Shown here: one piece after another, positions 59,202 to 64,000 of the stretch
Layout of the letters: each line of letters begins with the position of its first letter
How positions within the stretch are numbered: the stretch's first letter is position 1
Assembly: GCA_965224195.1 (NCBI GenBank)
Contig: OZ245040.1
Coordinates: 416,001 to 480,000 of the forward strand
Reading direction: 5' to 3'
DNA: 64,000 bases
DNA from: Nitrosopumilus sp.
Lineage (GTDB): Archaea > Thermoproteota > Nitrososphaeria > Nitrososphaerales > Nitrosopumilaceae
Position numbers and translations under genes: made by a program
Notes under the pieces: model-generated
What the model was told of the DNA's origin: nothing
Database searches by the model: none
The model's input: only the letters and a program-made list of their open reading frames with translations

Positions 59202-59423
59202 CTATCTACAGAAATATTCATTTCCTGTTCCTTTGTAAAGAACAAAATATTCATTCTGAATCTTTCGATCTTTTTTTGCATTTAGAGCGTCTTGATACAT
59301 TTCAAAATGTTCTACTAGATACAACTGATTGCCAGGTTCTGCAAAATAATCTATCCCAATTAAATCAAAACCTTGTTCAGGAGTTAATTTGATTTTTTCA
59401 TCCTCAAAAATATCTTTAGTCAA
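59202..59423 (-). CDS. Small hypothetical protein
   Basis: 73-aa ORF directly downstream of tbp, same strand. Confidence 0.6.
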   Translation of the reverse strand: MTKDIFEDEKIKLTPEQGFDLIGIDYFAEPGNQLYLVEHFEMYQDALNAKKDRKIQNEYFVLYKGTGNEYFCR

Positions 59424-59440
59424 TTTAGTATAATCAAAAA

Positions 59441-60004
59441 TTATTCATCATAAATCATTAGGGATTTTTCTTCTAATAGTGCATGTACATTGTGAACTGA
59501 ACGATAAACATCTGATTCGTTCTTTGCTCCAGTACACACTAATTTTCCTGATGCAAATAACAATAATACTGTTTTTGGATCTACCATTCTATGAATAAGC
59601 CCTGGAAATTGTTCAGGCTCATACATACTTCTAGGTAATGTTCGAGCCGCTTTTTCTAAATGAATTTTTCCACCCAGATTTATTGATGCAACTATATTTT
59701 GAACTGTAATTACTGCATCTTTTTTTATTTTTACTTTACCTTTTCTCAATTGTTGAACAACTGTGTTGACAGCTTTAATTGCCATCTCTTCAGATTTTGC
59801 TCCAGTACATACCATTTTTCCAGTTCTAAAAATTAGAGTTGCAGTTTTGGGCTTTGTTAATCTAAACACAAGTCCTGGAAATTGTTCCGGATGATATTCC
59901 GTATCTGGAAATTTTTTAGTAATTTCAATAAGATCAATTTTTTGGTCTACCGATGCTGATGCCACAACGTTTTCAACACTAACAATAGGCTTGGTTTGAG
60001 GCAT
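59441..60004 (-). CDS. tbp: TATA-box-binding protein
   Basis: Two repeats ENVVAS..Y.PEQFPGL..LIFRTGKMVCTGAK / QNIVAS..YEPEQFPGL..FASGKLVCTGAK. Confidence 0.97.
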   Translation of the reverse strand: MPQTKPIVSVENVVASASVDQKIDLIEITKKFPDTEYHPEQFPGLVFRLTKPKTATLIFRTGKMVCTGAKSEEMAIKAVNTVVQQLRKGKVKIKKDAVITVQNIVASINLGGKIHLEKAARTLPRSMYEPEQFPGLIHRMVDPKTVLLLFASGKLVCTGAKNESDVYRSVHNVHALLEEKSLMIYDE

Positions 60005-60069
60005 AACGAGGGACTTTATATATGGCCTTTATATATACTAGTCAAATTTTTTATTGATTTTCATTTTTT

Positions 60070-60525
60070 CTAATGATGTCCAATCCATTGATAACGATAT
60101 TCTTCATCTATGATGTCTGATACAATTTCTTTGTTTTTGATTTTTGTTTTTGGAATGTTTACATCAAAGATTCCTAATTGACCTTTCCATGGAATTGGAA
60201 TTCGTAATGGTTTAGCATTTTTTAACACAAAACCAAATGTTTTGGTTTGAAATTTTTTTGATGCAAAATGAAATTTTTGATCTGATTTTATTTCTTTTAA
60301 TGAATCATATTTTTTAACATTATACAGCTGTGCTTTGCCAATAATTGCACCTGTGACAAATTTTTTATTAATTTTTAATCTTTTAGAATCTACTGTCCTG
60401 ATTTTCAGCGGAGAATGAATTAAAAATTCTCCACGAAATTTTGTATTCCAATTTCTTAATTCAATTGTCTTTTTTCCTGAAATAATTAAATCAGCAAATG
60501 GTTGTGAAACTGAAAGACATTTCAA
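60070..60525 (-). CDS. ASCH domain protein
   Basis: LSVSQPFADLIISGKKTIELR, GAIIG, PIPWKGQLG. Confidence 0.88.
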   Translation of the reverse strand: MKCLSVSQPFADLIISGKKTIELRNWNTKFRGEFLIHSPLKIRTVDSKRLKINKKFVTGAIIGKAQLYNVKKYDSLKEIKSDQKFHFASKKFQTKTFGFVLKNAKPLRIPIPWKGQLGIFDVNIPKTKIKNKEIVSDIIDEEYRYQWIGHH

Positions 60526-60530
60526 ATCTG

Positions 60531-62072
60531 TTATTCAGTAGCTGCTTTGATGTATTGACCTGGATTTTTACCTTGTCCTTCTGGCAAATTTGTTATGCCT
60601 CCATTCAAACTCTCAGTCACTATGCCTTTACTTGCAAGTACTTGAGCAGTCATTAATGATGTATTTCCAGCCATGCAAATTAACAAGGATTTACCTTTAG
60701 AACCGTCTAGATCTTTACTTAATTCTTCAGGAATTTGTTGTGTGGATAATAATTGATTAATGGTGCTGGCCTTGGGTATTGCAATTTTTTCTTTATCTAT
60801 TCCTAAAGATTTAGCAATCATTTCAATTCCTTCTTCTTTTGGAGTGTATGATGTATGAACCCATATTATTTTATCATAATCTTGCACACTTGACGATGCT
60901 TCATCTAATGAAACTTGCATACGCTGATTGTTTGACATTGCTTCTAGATTTTTCCTATATTTTTCAATACCATCAGCAACTACAATTACAAATTTACCTT
61001 TATCTCCATTGCTGAGCATTTCTAAAACAGAATATAGGGCCAACGCTGTACTTTCACCAATATTATGACCTTTGTCTACAAAGAACTTGAGTAAGTGTTT
61101 TGCCTGCCCAAAATCAACTTCATGTTGGGCAGCATATGCCTCTGAATTATACAACTTTAATCCATCTGCCTTTGCTTTTGTTCTAATCCCTGCGACATCT
61201 TGACCTGGAATTGGGAATACTACATGAATTGCCTTTTTGCCATATTTTTCATTCATGTATTTACTTAATCCACCAGATGTACCGCCTGTTCCAAATGAAC
61301 ATACAATTCTATAATCTTCTAATGAATCTTCATTTTCATGTAATTGCTGATCAATTTCTACTGCTGTAATTGTTCTATGAGCTTGAATGTTTAATTCATT
61401 ATCATATTGTTCTGGACAAAAACAATCATACATTTTTGAAATCAGTTTTGCTAGATTGATGATGTCTTGTGCAGCTAATAATGATTCAACTTCAGAAATA
61501 GATTTATCATAAATTGTAGGATCAAAACCTAATTCAGTTAATTGAGATCTAATATTGGCTGCAGTTGCTTTTGCCTTTAAGGCATCAGCATCACTATCTT
61601 TCATTCCAGGAGCAGGACAAATATCCATATCCAAATCCATAATGCGAATATTTTCATCTTTTAATTCTTTAAAGACTCCTTCTTGTAATTTCCTTGAAAC
61701 TAATGACACAACAGTCAATCCAAGTTTTGACATTTGTCCAAGTGCAATTCCAAAATTCCCTGATGTTGCTTCAATAATTGTTTGATTACTTTTCAACTTT
61801 CCAGTTTTAATTGCATCATGCATAATGTGAATTGCAGGTCTGATTTTAATTGACCCTGATACTAAGTTAGCATCAAATTTTCCATACACTGTCAAATCTA
61901 AATTAGAAATATCTAGTTTGTAGAGATTTTTTGCGCATTCCTTAAAATCACTTGTGAGATCAATGAGCGGTGTGGCATTAACCACTTTATCTTCTTCTAG
62001 GTGAGGAATTTTACTCCAAATTTCTTGTTCAAATTTTTCAAGTAAAGGCTTATCAAAATCAGTTTCTGACAT
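60531..62072 (-). CDS. Cysteine synthase-like PLP enzyme with a C-terminal rhodanese-like domain
   Basis: TPL, SGSIKIRPA (PLP Lys), EATSGNFGIAL, GTGGT; C-terminal LICMAGNTS..LNGG. Confidence 0.8.
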   Translation of the reverse strand: MSETDFDKPLLEKFEQEIWSKIPHLEEDKVVNATPLIDLTSDFKECAKNLYKLDISNLDLTVYGKFDANLVSGSIKIRPAIHIMHDAIKTGKLKSNQTIIEATSGNFGIALGQMSKLGLTVVSLVSRKLQEGVFKELKDENIRIMDLDMDICPAPGMKDSDADALKAKATAANIRSQLTELGFDPTIYDKSISEVESLLAAQDIINLAKLISKMYDCFCPEQYDNELNIQAHRTITAVEIDQQLHENEDSLEDYRIVCSFGTGGTSGGLSKYMNEKYGKKAIHVVFPIPGQDVAGIRTKAKADGLKLYNSEAYAAQHEVDFGQAKHLLKFFVDKGHNIGESTALALYSVLEMLSNGDKGKFVIVVADGIEKYRKNLEAMSNNQRMQVSLDEASSSVQDYDKIIWVHTSYTPKEEGIEMIAKSLGIDKEKIAIPKASTINQLLSTQQIPEELSKDLDGSKGKSLLICMAGNTSLMTAQVLASKGIVTESLNGGITNLPEGQGKNPGQYIKAATE

Positions 62073-62152
62073 ATTTTCTCTAGGTGCAGTTCATTTTTTG
62101 CTCATATAAAATATCTGATATTATTTGAAATTGATTCATTTTTGATTTTACC

Positions 62153-63715
62153 TTATACATCCAAAATACCGATAACCTTGTTTGGAATATCTTTTAGTCT
62201 ACTAACTGCCATAGTTTTTTCATATCCTAAATGCTTGAGATTATTTGCTATAGTGGTGGCTCTAACTGTATTTGAGCCTAAACCTAAAGCTACCATACTA
62301 ATTCCTAAATTTTTGAAAGATTTACTCATATTTCTTACTGCATCAGGATCTGATGGTTCTCCATCAGTTAATGTCAAAAAAATGTCTGGCCTCTTTGATT
62401 GTAAAATTGGAAACATTTTATCGTAAACTTCAGCTAATGGTGTTGAACCGTTAGCGACAATTTGTGTTAATCTTTTTGCGGTTATGCTATTCCATTTTAC
62501 ATTTTCTGGTTTAATTGACCAACAAACCATTGATCTATTTTCAATACTGAAAGCATAGACTGCAAATTTCACTTTGAGAAAAGATAGTACTTCACATAAT
62601 GCTAGAGTTGCCTTTTTGTATCCAATTGCATCTGATGCAATGCTGGATGAATGATCTAATAGAATTACAATTTTTGTTTTAATAGATTTTTTAATATCTG
62701 TAAAAAATGGTTCATTACCTTCAATGTAGTTTTCTTCATCAAATTCATCTCCTGAACTGAGATGTTGTTCTTTCCAACCTGTTTTCCATTCCTTGAATTT
62801 TGTTTTTAATCCATTAATCAAACTCATATCATAGATTGTTGTTTCATCTACATTTCTTGTTGATGGAATTTGAATTCCTATTGTTTCTGTTGCTAATCCT
62901 TTATTTTCAGTTTTTTTATTTTCATCTAATAGTACTTTGTATTCATCATAAACATCCTCTCCTCTAATTACTGATTTTGGATCAATAGTACCCAAGTCAC
63001 CTTCTTTATTTTTAGAAATCACTTTAAGCACTTTTAGTAATTCTTCTTCTGATAACGCCATTCCCGCTTTCATAAAAGGCAAAGAAATTGGAATTGTTAA
63101 AAGGGAATCAATATCTAATATTTTTATAATTTCACTAACATTTTTTTCAATCCAATCAGTACTTTGTTTTTTTCCATTTGCTTGATCAACAATTGATTTG
63201 GCAAAAATTGATGCTTTTTTTATTTTTTCAAAGTTACTTGATTGAATTTCGCCTTTCAACGCTCCAAACATGAAGTATTGATAAAATGCCTCTACAATTC
63301 TTGCTTTCCCATAAACTGTGTGTAATTGTGGTCTTGTTACAAGCATATACGTATAATTGAAAATAATTTCTTCATCCATACCTTTCCAAATTCTTCTTCC
63401 TAATTTTTCAATTCTTTGAGTCTCCATTGTATTAAGAATAAATCCAAATGCATGATCATTACTAAGAATTTTTTTACAATGTTTTATTCTCATGGCCTCA
63501 TACCATAATGACGTTCTAAATTGACGATATTTTTGAAAATCATTTCCAATTCGTTTTTCCATTGGAGTTAAGATTACTTTGTTCTCTTTTAGACGTGTTT
63601 TTGTTTCTGTTTTATCAGAAATTTCTACAATAATGTTTTCTTTTTCAGACCATCTTCTAACAAGAAAAGTTGCTATTTCAACTAAAGAATCATTTTGTAA
63701 TTGAATTGATTGCAT
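62153..63715 (-). CDS. von Willebrand factor A domain protein (CbbO/NorD-like partner)
   Basis: MIDAS-like LLDHSSSI, GSTP, LTDGEP; directly downstream of an AAA ATPase. Confidence 0.82.
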   Translation of the reverse strand: MQSIQLQNDSLVEIATFLVRRWSEKENIIVEISDKTETKTRLKENKVILTPMEKRIGNDFQKYRQFRTSLWYEAMRIKHCKKILSNDHAFGFILNTMETQRIEKLGRRIWKGMDEEIIFNYTYMLVTRPQLHTVYGKARIVEAFYQYFMFGALKGEIQSSNFEKIKKASIFAKSIVDQANGKKQSTDWIEKNVSEIIKILDIDSLLTIPISLPFMKAGMALSEEELLKVLKVISKNKEGDLGTIDPKSVIRGEDVYDEYKVLLDENKKTENKGLATETIGIQIPSTRNVDETTIYDMSLINGLKTKFKEWKTGWKEQHLSSGDEFDEENYIEGNEPFFTDIKKSIKTKIVILLDHSSSIASDAIGYKKATLALCEVLSFLKVKFAVYAFSIENRSMVCWSIKPENVKWNSITAKRLTQIVANGSTPLAEVYDKMFPILQSKRPDIFLTLTDGEPSDPDAVRNMSKSFKNLGISMVALGLGSNTVRATTIANNLKHLGYEKTMAVSRLKDIPNKVIGILDV

Positions 63716-64000
63716 TTAGTTTCCAAACATTGAAGTTATGATATCGCTTACTTTTTGATACTCTAGATCTCCCCATTGTGTATAGACATTCCCAAAAACA
63801 ATTTCAGCCACTGCTTTTGCTGCCATTCCTTTATCCAATAATTTAGCAAAAGCAATTGTTTCCCTTAAGCTTGGTGAATAAAATAATTCTTCAACTGCAG
63901 CAGCTTGTCTTAATGTATTTGCTAGTTTAATTGCCTGAATCATTTCTGATTCGTGATTTCCTGAAAAATATTTTTTTGTAATTTCTAATTCTATATTCTC
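63716..64000 (-). CDS. MoxR/CbbQ-type AAA+ ATPase, C-terminal part (cut by window edge)
   Basis: LANTLRQ..YSPSLRETIAFA sensor-2 helix region; paired with a vWA gene. Confidence 0.72.
   Translation of the reverse strand, partial: ENIELEITKKYFSGNHESEMIQAIKLANTLRQAAAVEELFYSPSLRETIAFAKLLDKGMAAKAVAEIVFGNVYTQWGDLEYQKVSDIITSMFGN

Overview
AT-rich chromosomal segment of an ammonia-oxidising archaeon of the Nitrosopumilus type (Nitrososphaerota/Thaumarchaeota). This assignment rests on the archaeal TBP, TgtA, KEOPS and Taw1 genes and on complex III/IV operons that use blue-copper proteins in place of c-type cytochromes. The backbone is mostly housekeeping: the end of a nucleotide-sugar cluster, mtnA, F420 enzymes, cytochrome oxidase, ilvE/aspartate kinase, complex III, a tRNA-modification cluster, P-II, TBP, a MoxR/vWA pair and four tRNAs. 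Notable non-housekeeping structure: (1) a 2351-bp IS6-family element (5593-7943) with 25-bp TIRs, an 8-bp TSD, an intact SWIM/Zn-ribbon DDE transposase and three passenger genes, one missing from the ORF track; (2) downstream of tRNA-Val, two decayed IS5-family elements, the second lacking a TSD and joining a headless wHTH-like gene to a 5'-truncated, frameshifted S-layer gene at what appears to be the usual S-layer locus; (3) three tandem thrombospondin-type-3-repeat genes with nucleotide-identical blocks within and between genes; (4) frameshifted RHH-like/AT-hook and sensor-kinase genes; (5) two candidate structured ncRNAs and an unannotated Cys/His-rich microprotein. All calls come from reading the sequence and recognising motifs; no searches were run.
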